From Kofleriaceae bacterium (lineage in GTDB: Bacteria > Myxococcota_A > Polyangia > Haliangiales > Haliangiaceae), in the NCBI GenBank assembly GCA_046597055.1, contig JBKJLC010000037.1, positions 64,001-128,000 of the forward strand: a DNA stretch of 64,000 nt. The letters run 5' to 3'. The stretch's first letter is position 1; each line of letters opens with the position of its first letter. Below, in pieces: positions 1 through 8,970 of the stretch. The notes beneath the pieces were generated by a model. It was not told where the DNA came from, searched no databases, and saw nothing but the letters and a program-made list of their open reading frames with translations. Position numbers and translations under genes: made by a program.

Positions 1-336
1 GTCGCGTGCGCGGCCTGTCACCAGGTGCCCACGTCGGTCACCGCGCCCGGTCACCTCGATGATGACCGTCCGGCCGAGGTCGAGCCGACCCTCGGCTGGG
101 ACCGGACCAGCGCGACCTGCGCCACCGCGTGGTGCCATGGCGACGCCCGGCCGGTCTGGACCGCGACCGGCGAGGCGGCCTGCGGCACCTGTCACGGGGT
201 GCCCCCCACCTCGCCGCCACACGCCGCGACGATGACGCTCACCGCCTGCGCGGCCTGCCACCCGGCGACGATGGACGGCACCGGCCGCATCCTGGTCGGT
301 GGCGCTCACCTGGATGGAGACGTCGATGCCCCATGA
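1..336 (+). CDS. Multiheme cytochrome c with CxxxxCH/CxxCH repeat (5' truncated by window edge)
   Basis: Frame open from base 1 (VACAACHQVP...); motifs CAACH, CATAWCH, CGTCH, CAACH; ends HLDGDVDAP. Confidence 0.85.
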   Translation, partial: VACAACHQVPTSVTAPGHLDDDRPAEVEPTLGWDRTSATCATAWCHGDARPVWTATGEAACGTCHGVPPTSPPHAATMTLTACAACHPATMDGTGRILVGGAHLDGDVDAP

Positions 337-991
337 CCCGTTTGCATGGGTGGCGCTGGCCGGCGCGGCGCTCGCGGTGCCCATCCTGCTGTGGTTCCTG
401 ATCCGACGTCCGGCGCTCGGACGGTCGACCAAGATCATGCTCCTGCTCGGCATCGGCGGGTTCCCGCTGCTGACCGCCGGCACCGGCAACGTGGCTGGCT
501 ACCAGGCGACCAAGACCCGCCGCTTCTGCGGGTCGTGCCACGTGATGACGCCGTACGCGGCCGACTCCGAGAACCCGACGAGCACGTCGCTGGCCTCGGT
601 CCACGCGCGCAACCAGGCGTTCGGCCCCGAGAACTGCTACGCGTGCCACGCCGACTACGGGATGTTCGGGACCGTCACCACCAAGATCGGCGGTCTGCGC
701 CACGTCTACGAGTACTCGTTCAACTTTCGACAGCTCTCGGTCGAGGAGGCGCTGCCGCGGATCCACCTGCTGCGGCCGTTTCGCAACGAGCGCTGCATGC
801 GCTGTCACTCGAGCGCGGCGCCCCGCTGGAGCAAGGTGCCTGACCACGACGGGCTGGTCGACGAGCTGCGCTCCGACGCGGTCAGCTGCGTCGGGAGCGG
901 ATGTCACGGACCGGCGCACCCGTTCAGCAAGCCGGCGGTCGTGGCGAAGCCGGCCGCGGCGCCGGACGTCTCGTCGCCGGGGGCCCCGTGA
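326..991 (+). CDS. NapC/NirT-family membrane-anchored tetraheme cytochrome c (quinol dehydrogenase-like)
   Basis: Two N-terminal hydrophobic helices, then FCGSCHVM, CYACH, CMRCH and CVGSGCH; ATG 326 overlaps the end of the upstream gene. Confidence 0.8.
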   Translation: MPHDPFAWVALAGAALAVPILLWFLIRRPALGRSTKIMLLLGIGGFPLLTAGTGNVAGYQATKTRRFCGSCHVMTPYAADSENPTSTSLASVHARNQAFGPENCYACHADYGMFGTVTTKIGGLRHVYEYSFNFRQLSVEEALPRIHLLRPFRNERCMRCHSSAAPRWSKVPDHDGLVDELRSDAVSCVGSGCHGPAHPFSKPAVVAKPAAAPDVSSPGAP

Positions 992-1422
992 GGACGCTGC
1001 TCCGCGCCGCCTCGGCGCTCACGCTGGTGGCGCTGGCGCTGATGGTGTGGTCGGTGCTGGTGCCGACCCCGATGCCGGTGATGCTGGCGATGTCGGTCGG
1101 CCAGGTGCTCGGCACGTCGGCGTTCGCGATGTTCGGCCTGGCCGTGCTGATCGATCTGCGGCGGTCGCGCCGGATGCAACGCGAGGCGCGCGGACTGCCG
1201 GGGCTGGTCGAGCTGTTGCGGCCGCCCGTGGGGGAGGCGACGGACAGTGGCGTGGATTCGTCGGGGGCGGCACCGGCATCGGCACCGGCACCGGCACCGG
1301 CATCGGCATCGGCATCGGCAGCGGCAGCGGCAGCGGCAGCGGCATCGGCATCGGCAGCGGCAGCGGCATCGGCATCGGCATCGGCATCGGCGGGTACGGT
1401 CGGGCCAGAGCGGTCGTCGTGA
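988..1422 (+). CDS. Small membrane protein (2 TM) with Ala/Ser/Pro low-complexity tail
   Basis: GTGA overlaps with both neighbours; hydrophobic N-terminal half. Confidence 0.65.
   Translation: MRTLLRAASALTLVALALMVWSVLVPTPMPVMLAMSVGQVLGTSAFAMFGLAVLIDLRRSRRMQREARGLPGLVELLRPPVGEATDSGVDSSGAAPASAPAPAPASASASAAAAAAAAASASAAAAASASASASAGTVGPERSS
1268..1391 (+). repeat. Tandem hexamer repeat (CGGCAC/CGGCAT/CGGCAG), about 20 units
   Basis: Directly visible; encodes the AP/AS/AA run. Confidence 0.9.
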
Positions 1423-2594
1423 GCGCGCGCGAGGTACTGGCGCTGCTCGTGGTCATGGCGGCGCCGGCCACGGCTGACCCACTGCGGCTGCGCGCGGACG
1501 CGCTGGCCAGCACCCAGTCGCCGGTCGGGCTCCTGACGCTGGAAGGCGAGGGGGACGCCGCCGGCTGGCTCACGGCCGAGGCGCTGGTGTGGCTCGGCGC
1601 CGGGGTCGGGGTGGGTGACGACGTGAGTGGCGCCAGCGACGGTGATGCGCTGGTGATCGCGCTGCGGGCCCGGCGGCCCGGGGGCGCCGCCGAGGCGCGG
1701 CTGGGTCGCATGGTGATCGTCAGCGGCGCGCTGCGCCCGCTCCACCTCGACGGCGTGGCCGGCCGCGTGCGCCTGCCGCGCCGCATGGATGCCGAGGCGT
1801 TCGTCGGGGTGCCGGTGGTCGCCGGGGTGGGCGCACAGGCCTGGGACTGGGCGGTCGGCGGACGGGTCTCGCGCCGGATCGGCGACTGGGGTAGCGGAGG
1901 CGTCGCGATGCTGGAGCGCCGCGAGGTCGGCCGGCTCGCGGCCCGCGAGCTCGGCCTCGATGGCGGGGCCGCGGTCGGCCGTGGCGACATCGCGGGCAAG
2001 GTCGCGCTCGACCTGCTCGACGGCGGTGCCCCCGCGGTGGCCCTGGCCGAGGCCTCGGCCGGCACCCGCCGCAGCGCCTGGCGCGGCGAGCTGTATGGCG
2101 GGTTCCGGTCGCCGTCGCACCTGGTGCCGGCGACCTCGCTGTTCTCGGTCCTCGGCGACGTCACCTCGCAGCAGGGCGGCGCCCGGATCACGTGGCGCGC
2201 CGCGCCGCGGCTCGACCTGTGGGCCGACGCCGGGGTCCGCCGCATCGACGACGACCTGGCCGAGGAGCTGGCCGCGCGGGCAACCCTGCGCCTCGACGAC
2301 CGCGGCCGTGGCGCGCTGATCGCCGAGCTGCGGCGCAACGGCGACTGGACCGGCGGCCGCGCCGCGGCCCGGGTGCCGGTGGCGACGGCGTGGACGGTGT
2401 CGAGCGAGGTCGAGCTGGTGATCCCGGATCAGCCCGGTGCGCGCGCGGCGATCTGGCCTTGGGCGCTCGCCGCGCTCGGCTGGACCGGAGGGCCATGGGA
2501 CGTGGCGCTGGCGCTCGAGGCGTCGGTGGCACCCGATCAACGGGGCCGGCTCGATGCGCTGTGCCGGGTCGGCCGGCGCTGGGGCCTGCCATGA
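1419..2594 (+). CDS. Putative outer-membrane beta-barrel (porin of a porin-cytochrome complex)
   Basis: Signal peptide ending APATA-D; alternating hydrophobic/Arg beta-strand pattern, Trp-rich; embedded between cytochrome genes with GTGA/ATGA coupling. Confidence 0.6.
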   Translation: MSAREVLALLVVMAAPATADPLRLRADALASTQSPVGLLTLEGEGDAAGWLTAEALVWLGAGVGVGDDVSGASDGDALVIALRARRPGGAAEARLGRMVIVSGALRPLHLDGVAGRVRLPRRMDAEAFVGVPVVAGVGAQAWDWAVGGRVSRRIGDWGSGGVAMLERREVGRLAARELGLDGGAAVGRGDIAGKVALDLLDGGAPAVALAEASAGTRRSAWRGELYGGFRSPSHLVPATSLFSVLGDVTSQQGGARITWRAAPRLDLWADAGVRRIDDDLAEELAARATLRLDDRGRGALIAELRRNGDWTGGRAAARVPVATAWTVSSEVELVIPDQPGARAAIWPWALAALGWTGGPWDVALALEASVAPDQRGRLDALCRVGRRWGLP

Positions 2595-3649
2595 GCCGCC
2601 GCCGGATCACCGCGCTGGTCGCGTTCGCGGTCACGCTTGGCCTGATGGCGTGCGCGGGCGTGCTCGGCCTGCGCCGCCCCGGTGATGCCAGGGTGTTCCC
2701 GCATCGGGCGCACGTCGTCGCCGGGGTGTCGTGCGTGACCTGCCACGCCGGCATTGCCGAGGCCGGCGACGACGGGCCGCTGCACCTGCCCGACGACGCG
2801 TCGTGCGCGACCTGCCACCTCAAGCCGCATGATCCGCGGCCGTGCCTCGGCTGTCACACCGACGCGCTCGCCGCCGGCGGCGCCGCCGACGCGCGCGCCC
2901 ACCTCCGCTTCGAGCACGCCCGCCACCAGGCGGTCACCAAGGGCAACTGCATGCGCTGCCACCAGGCGGTCGCCGAGGGCGACACCCGGCTGCGCCCGCC
3001 GATGGCGGCGTGCTGGAGCTGTCACGAGCACGACCGCGCCCGCGACGTGCGCGACTGCCAGGCCTGTCACCTGGATCTCGCCGAGGAGGGCACGGCGCCG
3101 GCCTCGCACCTCGTGCACGAGGGCGACTTCGTCAACAACCACGGCGTGAAGGCCGCGTCGTCGTCGGACACCTGCGCGAGCTGTCATGCCGAGCGCTTCT
3201 GCGCGAGCTGCCACGGCGTCACCGCGGCGGCGGTCCCGGCCCGGCTGTCGCCGGGCAACCCGATGCGGGCCAGCGTGCACCGCGCCGGGTTCCGCGGTCG
3301 CCACGCCGACGAGGCCAAGGTCGCGCCGGGCGCGTGCGCGTCGTGTCATCAGCCCGAGCGGTGCGAGGACTGCCACCGTGCCGAGGGCGTGACCGGCGCC
3401 GGCGCGGCGACCCCGCACCCGCCGGGCTGGGTCGGGCTGACTGCGGGCGAGAACCGGCACGGCCGCGCCGCCCGCCGCGACCCGGCCGCGTGCGCGAGCT
3501 GCCACGGCGGCGCCGGCGAGGCGCTGTGCGTCGGCTGCCACCGCGAGGGTGGCGTCGGCGGCAGCCCGCATCCGCCGGGGTGGTCATCGCGCCTGCCGCT
3601 GGCCGCGCTGCCATGCCGGCTCTGCCATACCAGCGGTGCCCGCCCGTGA
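2591..3649 (+). CDS. Exported multiheme cytochrome c (13 CxxCH)
   Basis: Signal/lipoprotein-like N-terminus (LMAC); c3-like FPHxxH pattern; 13 CxxCH counted. Confidence 0.9.
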   Translation: MSRRRITALVAFAVTLGLMACAGVLGLRRPGDARVFPHRAHVVAGVSCVTCHAGIAEAGDDGPLHLPDDASCATCHLKPHDPRPCLGCHTDALAAGGAADARAHLRFEHARHQAVTKGNCMRCHQAVAEGDTRLRPPMAACWSCHEHDRARDVRDCQACHLDLAEEGTAPASHLVHEGDFVNNHGVKAASSSDTCASCHAERFCASCHGVTAAAVPARLSPGNPMRASVHRAGFRGRHADEAKVAPGACASCHQPERCEDCHRAEGVTGAGAATPHPPGWVGLTAGENRHGRAARRDPAACASCHGGAGEALCVGCHREGGVGGSPHPPGWSSRLPLAALPCRLCHTSGARP

Positions 3650-5310
3650 GCGTGCGGGCGATCGCCGCGCTGGCGGTGATCCTCGGGCTCGGGGCCTGCG
3701 GTGGCACGCGGGGCGAGGACACGCCGGCGGTGCCGGTGACCTGGCACCAGGTGCGCGCCAGCCCGGGCCACATCGTCCACGTCACCAGCGGGGGCGTGCC
3801 GTGTCGCGACTGCCACGACGTGGTCAACGGCAGCTTCGCGCCGCCGGCGGCCGAGCTGTGCGTGAAGTGCCACGACGACGTCGTGACGCCGATGCACCCG
3901 GGGCAGCCCGGTGACCCCGCCGCCGCGCCCCCGCCGGCGTGCCAGGACTGTCACGGCTTCGGCGTCACCGCGCCGGCGACCCCGTGGACGTGCATGAGCT
4001 GTCACGAGCAGGCGCAGGGGACCTTCGTCCCGGCGGTCGGGGCCCACCGCGAGGAGGACTGCGGTCAGTGTCACCGCCCGCACGAGACCCCGTCGCTGGC
4101 GCCCCGCCCGTGCGCCGCGTGTCACGAAGACCAGGTCGCGCCTGGCGGCAAGCACGGCGCGAGCGAGCTCGGGGTCGACTCGTGCCTCGGCTGTCACCGC
4201 ACCCACGAGCCGGCGCTCGCGGCCGGCGATCGCTGCGTCGCGTGTCACGCTCAGCAGAAGAAGTCAGTCGGGCTCCGCGCGCTGTTCGCCGGGCATGACC
4301 AGTGCACGAGCTGTCACCAGCCCCACCGGTTCGCGGTTGCCGAGGTGCGCGCGTGCCGCGACTGCCACGCCGACGTCCGCGTGATCGCCGCCGCGGATCA
4401 CCAGGCGTGCGCGACCTGTCACCAGCCGCACCGGGCGGCCACGCCCAAGACCTGCACGTCATGCCACCGCGAGGTGGTGAAGCATCCCGCGCCGACGCCC
4501 GGCAGCGCGTGCCTGGGCTGTCACCCGCCGCACCGCGGTCCTCGCGGCGCGGTCGCGGTCAGCTGCGCCACGTGCCACGTCAAGGCGGGCCACGGCACCG
4601 CGACCTGCCGCGACTGCCACCAACCGCACGCCGCCGCGCCCGAGGCGGACGCGGCGCTGTGCGGAAAGTGCCATGCCGGCAGCGCCCGCAGCACCGCCGG
4701 CACCGGCCACGCCGCGTGCACGTCGTGTCATGTCGGCGCCTCCCACGGCCCGTCGCGTGACGCGCCGGCGTGCGCGACCTGCCACGCGCCGCAGGCCAGC
4801 TCGACCCGCGATGGTCCGGCCCGCGCCGGCCACGCCGCCTGCACCAGCTGCCACACCGGGGGACCGCACGGTCCTGCCGTGGCCACGCCGGCGTGCGCGC
4901 GCTGCCATCCGGTCGCGGCGAAGAGCGCGCCGGCCGGGCATCAGCGCTGCGAGGCCTGTCACGAGCCGCACTCCGGCGAGCGTCGCGCCGCCGCGACCTG
5001 CGCGAGCTGCCACGCCATGCCGGCGAGGCGCGGCCACGGCCCCCGCCTCGCGTGCGCCACCTGTCACCGCGCGCACGGCCCGGGAGGGCCGACCACCCCG
5101 CCGTCGTGCGCCTCGTGCCACCCGGCCGCCAGCCGCCCTGGGCTACACCGCGCGCCTGGCCACGATCGCTGCGACACCTGCCACGACGCGCACGAGGTCC
5201 GGCCCCGCGCCGACCGCGCGACCTGCGCGACCTGCCACGACGACCTGGCCACCCACGAGCCGACCGCGAAGACGTGCGCCGGGTGCCACCCGTTCGGCGA
5301 CGGCACCTAG
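3646..5310 (+). CDS. Lipoprotein multiheme cytochrome c (27 CxxCH, 554 aa)
   Basis: Lipobox LGAC; 27 CxxCH counted, many as H-xx-CxxCH-x-PH; GTGA overlap with upstream gene. Confidence 0.9.
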   Translation: MSVRAIAALAVILGLGACGGTRGEDTPAVPVTWHQVRASPGHIVHVTSGGVPCRDCHDVVNGSFAPPAAELCVKCHDDVVTPMHPGQPGDPAAAPPPACQDCHGFGVTAPATPWTCMSCHEQAQGTFVPAVGAHREEDCGQCHRPHETPSLAPRPCAACHEDQVAPGGKHGASELGVDSCLGCHRTHEPALAAGDRCVACHAQQKKSVGLRALFAGHDQCTSCHQPHRFAVAEVRACRDCHADVRVIAAADHQACATCHQPHRAATPKTCTSCHREVVKHPAPTPGSACLGCHPPHRGPRGAVAVSCATCHVKAGHGTATCRDCHQPHAAAPEADAALCGKCHAGSARSTAGTGHAACTSCHVGASHGPSRDAPACATCHAPQASSTRDGPARAGHAACTSCHTGGPHGPAVATPACARCHPVAAKSAPAGHQRCEACHEPHSGERRAAATCASCHAMPARRGHGPRLACATCHRAHGPGGPTTPPSCASCHPAASRPGLHRAPGHDRCDTCHDAHEVRPRADRATCATCHDDLATHEPTAKTCAGCHPFGDGT

Positions 5311-6025
5311 TACCAAGCGTCCGAAATAGCGTCACCGATACGCCGCGCCTCGCCGCCGATCGCTGCGTTGCCGTGCCTCGAGTTACAGGCAGTAACCCGG
5401 CGCATGCTGTGATCGTGCGTGGTTAACATCGGTTGGCACCTCGATGCTGCCACGCTGGCTGCCACGGGCTCTGCGGCAGCCTCCGTGGCGCGCTCGTTAC
5501 CTGGCTCGTTGCCGCGCTCGTCGGCTGGCTCGGCCCGCACACTGGGACGAGCGGGCGTTCGCTTGAGCAAGAAGGTCGACGGCATCGCGCCGGATTGGAC
5601 GGGTACCGCGCGGCGCTGCGCGGTTTCGGCACCGGTTTCGCGAAGGCCACCGGGGGGGCCGGGGCTACGGGAGGCGGAGGCAGTGGCGCCGGCTCGGACC
5701 TTGGTCGGCCTTCGGCGGTGCGCCGCACCATCGGTGACGGACAGCAAGCAGCGCAATGACGGCGCCGACCATCTGGCTCGCCCCGCGCACGTTGGATGCG
5801 CTCCGGTCCGACAGCGCCATCGCAAAAGCGCCTGCAGTTCTCTACCTGGCCGCGCACCGCATCCGCCCTTCTGCGCTCTCCAAAAGTGACCCACCTCTGC
5901 TCGCTCGCGGCCCCGCGTTGCGGGCGGTCGGCGCCGCGGCGACCCGCCCATCGGGCGTGACCCCTCTCTGCCCGTCCCGAACGGAGCCGTCGCGGTGGCT
6001 GCGCGGTGCGGGGCGACGGGTCGGG

Positions 6026-6136
6026 GAGCGGGCCAACGGGCCGGGGGAGCGGGCCAACGAGCCCCGCGAGCGGGCCAACGAGCGGGCCAACCAGCCCAGG
6101 GAGCGGGCCCGAGAGCGCGTCAGCGAGCGGGTCAAC
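6026..6136 (+). repeat. Direct repeats GAGCGGGCCAAC (4 perfect, 2 variant)
   Basis: Copies at 6026, 6047, 6068, 6080; variants at 6101 and 6125. Confidence 0.85.
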
Positions 6137-6479
6137 GAGCGATTCCCGACCTGGTTGGCCAGCCCGAAGTCGTTGAACGCACGTGGGTTCGTGCTCGTTT
6201 CCGCGCTCCGCGAAGCCCCCAAATGCACCGCTCGCCCCGCCACGACGTCGCCGTTCACCCCGAGCTACTCGCTCGCCTGGTCGCTCCTAGTGGCAAGGGT
6301 GGCAAGACCAGCGAGTGTCACCGCTGGAAGTGGGCCTCAACCAGGCCGGTGGCGACATTTTGAGAACTCGCTCGTCTTCACCGACGCATCCGGCAGCGGG
6401 TGGCCCGTGCCGCCGAGAACCGCAACGTGGCAGGTCCTCGCTACGTCCCCTACCCTGCGGAGGGCGACGAGGGGTGGCC

Positions 6480-6968
6480 ATGATCCGCACGCTGGGCGGC
6501 CGGCGAAACCGCGCGCTCATCCCGCCCGTGGTGTCACCGCGCATGGGCGCCGCGGTCGAACCGGCAACGGCCAGTCGGGCACTCGACGAGCTCGCGAGCC
6601 AGGGCAACCAGGGCAACCGACTCGCCGAGGAGACTGGCGTTCGCATCGTCGACGTCCACCTGGTCGTCGGCGCCAACACGGTCCCGCACCCGCTGGGCCG
6701 TGCCCCTTTCTCGGTGGTGGTCACCCCGCACGTCGCCTCTCCCCCCGTCACTGCCGGCTGGGACCCGGCACGGCCTGGCAACCCGAGCCCCACCGTTGAG
6801 ACGACGGTGATCTTGACGGCGAGAAACGTGCTCACCGAGCCGGTAAACCTGGGGTCGACGCTGGGCGTCGCCGGGTTGCTCACGGCGGCCGGTGGCGTGG
6901 CCGCCGGCGTGGGCCAGCACATCGCGACCGGTGACGCCGGGAGTATAAACACGGCGACCGGATTCTGA
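6480..6968 (+). CDS. Hypothetical protein, possibly phage-derived
   Basis: ATG preceded by GAGGGG; GC3-rich codons; NTVPHPLGRAP motif. Confidence 0.45.
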   Translation: MIRTLGGRRNRALIPPVVSPRMGAAVEPATASRALDELASQGNQGNRLAEETGVRIVDVHLVVGANTVPHPLGRAPFSVVVTPHVASPPVTAGWDPARPGNPSPTVETTVILTARNVLTEPVNLGSTLGVAGLLTAAGGVAAGVGQHIATGDAGSINTATGF

Positions 6969-7877
6969 TCTGAGGTCGGCGCGCTGCTGGTCCGGCGCCC
7001 ACATCGCGATGTCGACACCGTGCTGCTCACGACGGGCCTCGCACTCGGCATGGAGGGCGCCGACCTCGCGGACCTCTACTATTGCCGGTGGCCGGTGCAG
7101 GAGAACGCGTTCAAGGAGGGCGCCGCGGTGGGCCTGAGCGGAGCATCGCGGGAACTGCGGGCGGATCGTCGCCAACGTCGCGGTGGTCACCGAGCTGGAG
7201 CGGCTTGTGGCGCCTGCCGCGCGTGATGGCGAGGCCATGCGCGAGCTCCTCGCCGAGGAGCCAACCCTCGAGGCCAGGGCGACCGAGCGTGCCGCCGAGC
7301 AGCGACGGGCCAACGCCGCGCTCGCCACGCGACGCGAACGGCTCGACGCCCTCATCGCCCACGGCAAGACCGGCGGTAAGACCTTCATGCGGGTCGCGCT
7401 CGATCACCAGCAGGCGCTGGTTCGCCGAGACCGCCACGCAGCTCGCGACGAAGACGAGCCCGGCACTCGACACGAACCGTGCACGGCGGGCCGGACTCGA
7501 CGAGTATGGCGCCGACATCGCCGCACGCCGACACCGCCTGGCGTCGCAGCGCACCATCCGCCAGCTCGACACCACCCAGGACACGATCCTCACCGCCACC
7601 AAGCTCACCGCGCTCCAGCTCATCTCGTTCGTCCTCCGCGAGTACCTGCCGACGATGCCGTTGGCCGGCGACGTTCGTGCAGCGGGTGCTGTCCGTCCGC
7701 GGCCGCAAGGAGACGTCGCTGGACCAAGAGCTGGTCGTGTTCTATGAGAACCCCCGCGACCCAGCCGTCAACGACGCGCTTCGTGATGCGTGCGACCGAC
7801 TCAACCGGCGCAAGCTCGAGCGGGCGGATCGCCGGCTGCGCGTCGCCGTCGAGCCGCCGGCTGCCCGGTTCGAGTGA
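6969..7877 (+). pseudogene. Truncated, frameshifted DDE transposase (IS4-superfamily-like), C-terminal part
   Basis: YYCRWPVQENAFKE resembles the YREK signature; coding signal shifts frame near 7140, 7425 and 7665; no N-terminus. Confidence 0.65.
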
Positions 7878-7914
7878 TCTGATCTCTCGTTACCGGAGCT
7901 GGCCGAAGTCCCTG

Positions 7915-8802
7915 TCAGAAGGGCCAGGCGGTGGCGGGGGTCACGGCCACGAGGTCGAGGCCCGTGCCGTCCTGGTTCGCCTGGTACACCGCCACGGTCC
8001 GCGACGAGCCCGCCCGGATCGCGATCAGGAGCTCGCGACGCCCGTCTGCGTCGATGTCGGCGATGCCGAGTACATCGATCGACGTCTTGCCGCGGCCGTG
8101 CCAAGCGAACTGACGCTCGCATCCGTCGGCGCCACGCCGCTCGCCTCGAACCTCCTTCGCCGCTGTCGCGCCCTCGAGGAATGCGGCGAGCGCGAACGCC
8201 TCGTCGCGGCCGTCGCCGTCCACGTCAGCGATCAGCCTGCCCTTAACCAGGCATGACTCCGCCACCGCGATCTCGATCGCAGGCCGGCTGGGATCGGCGA
8301 CCACCGCGACCGCAAGGCTGCAGCCGCCGGCGGCTGCGCACAGCCAGTCGGCGACGTCCTCGCCGTCCTCGCCAGGGCGATCGAGTGTGCACGCACCGCG
8401 GCCGCTGTCGTTGAACTTGCCGACAAAGCCCATCGGCTCGGCCGCAGCCTCATCGATTGCCGTCACCAAACTCCCGCGCCGTGCCCCCTCGAAGCCGAGG
8501 ACGGTGAAGCGCTGCGGCGCCTCGATCAGCGGAGCACGGACTACCTCTACCACCGAACTCCACCAGTTCCGCTGCACCAAGAAGCGTGGAAACAGGTGCG
8601 CTCGGCTCAGGTGCATGTTGAGGCAGACCTCGCCGACCAAGTAGCGTGGCCCCTGCGGCGGTACCGGCATCGCAGCGGGCAGCGGGCCTGCCTCGACGGG
8701 CGTCGCATCGCGCGGCGGCGGTCTCGGCAGCGCCGTCCGAGGTGCGCAGCCGGTGGTCGCGATCGCGGCCACGCTCAGGGCCACCGTAGAGACGGAGAGC
8801 AT
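7915..8802 (-). CDS. Lipoprotein with DxDxDG (FG-GAP/VCBS-like Ca-binding) motifs
   Basis: Lipobox TTGC; ADVDGDGRDE and ADIDADGRRE; TAGTAT -10-like hexamer 7 nt before ATG. Confidence 0.7.
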   Translation of the reverse strand: MLSVSTVALSVAAIATTGCAPRTALPRPPPRDATPVEAGPLPAAMPVPPQGPRYLVGEVCLNMHLSRAHLFPRFLVQRNWWSSVVEVVRAPLIEAPQRFTVLGFEGARRGSLVTAIDEAAAEPMGFVGKFNDSGRGACTLDRPGEDGEDVADWLCAAAGGCSLAVAVVADPSRPAIEIAVAESCLVKGRLIADVDGDGRDEAFALAAFLEGATAAKEVRGERRGADGCERQFAWHGRGKTSIDVLGIADIDADGRRELLIAIRAGSSRTVAVYQANQDGTGLDLVAVTPATAWPF

Positions 8803-8970
8803 GCGGCTGATACTACTTCAACCTCGCGATCGAAAAACGCATGAAGCCGGCCAAGCTCGAACCTTGCGATGAAGAACACAACGCGATCCACGGTGTGTCG
8901 AGCACGTCGAGCACATCAGGTGCGCTTGACCGGGCTCTCGGGCCCGTGCCACATGTAATTGGGAACCACC

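Noticed and set aside
5434..5448. Sigma54-like TGGCACCTCGATGCT
   Set aside because: GG-to-GC spacing is 9 rather than 10, and no gene follows
6026..6136. Possible CRISPR array
   Set aside because: Repeats are 12 bp with 0-12 bp spacers, and no cas genes are present
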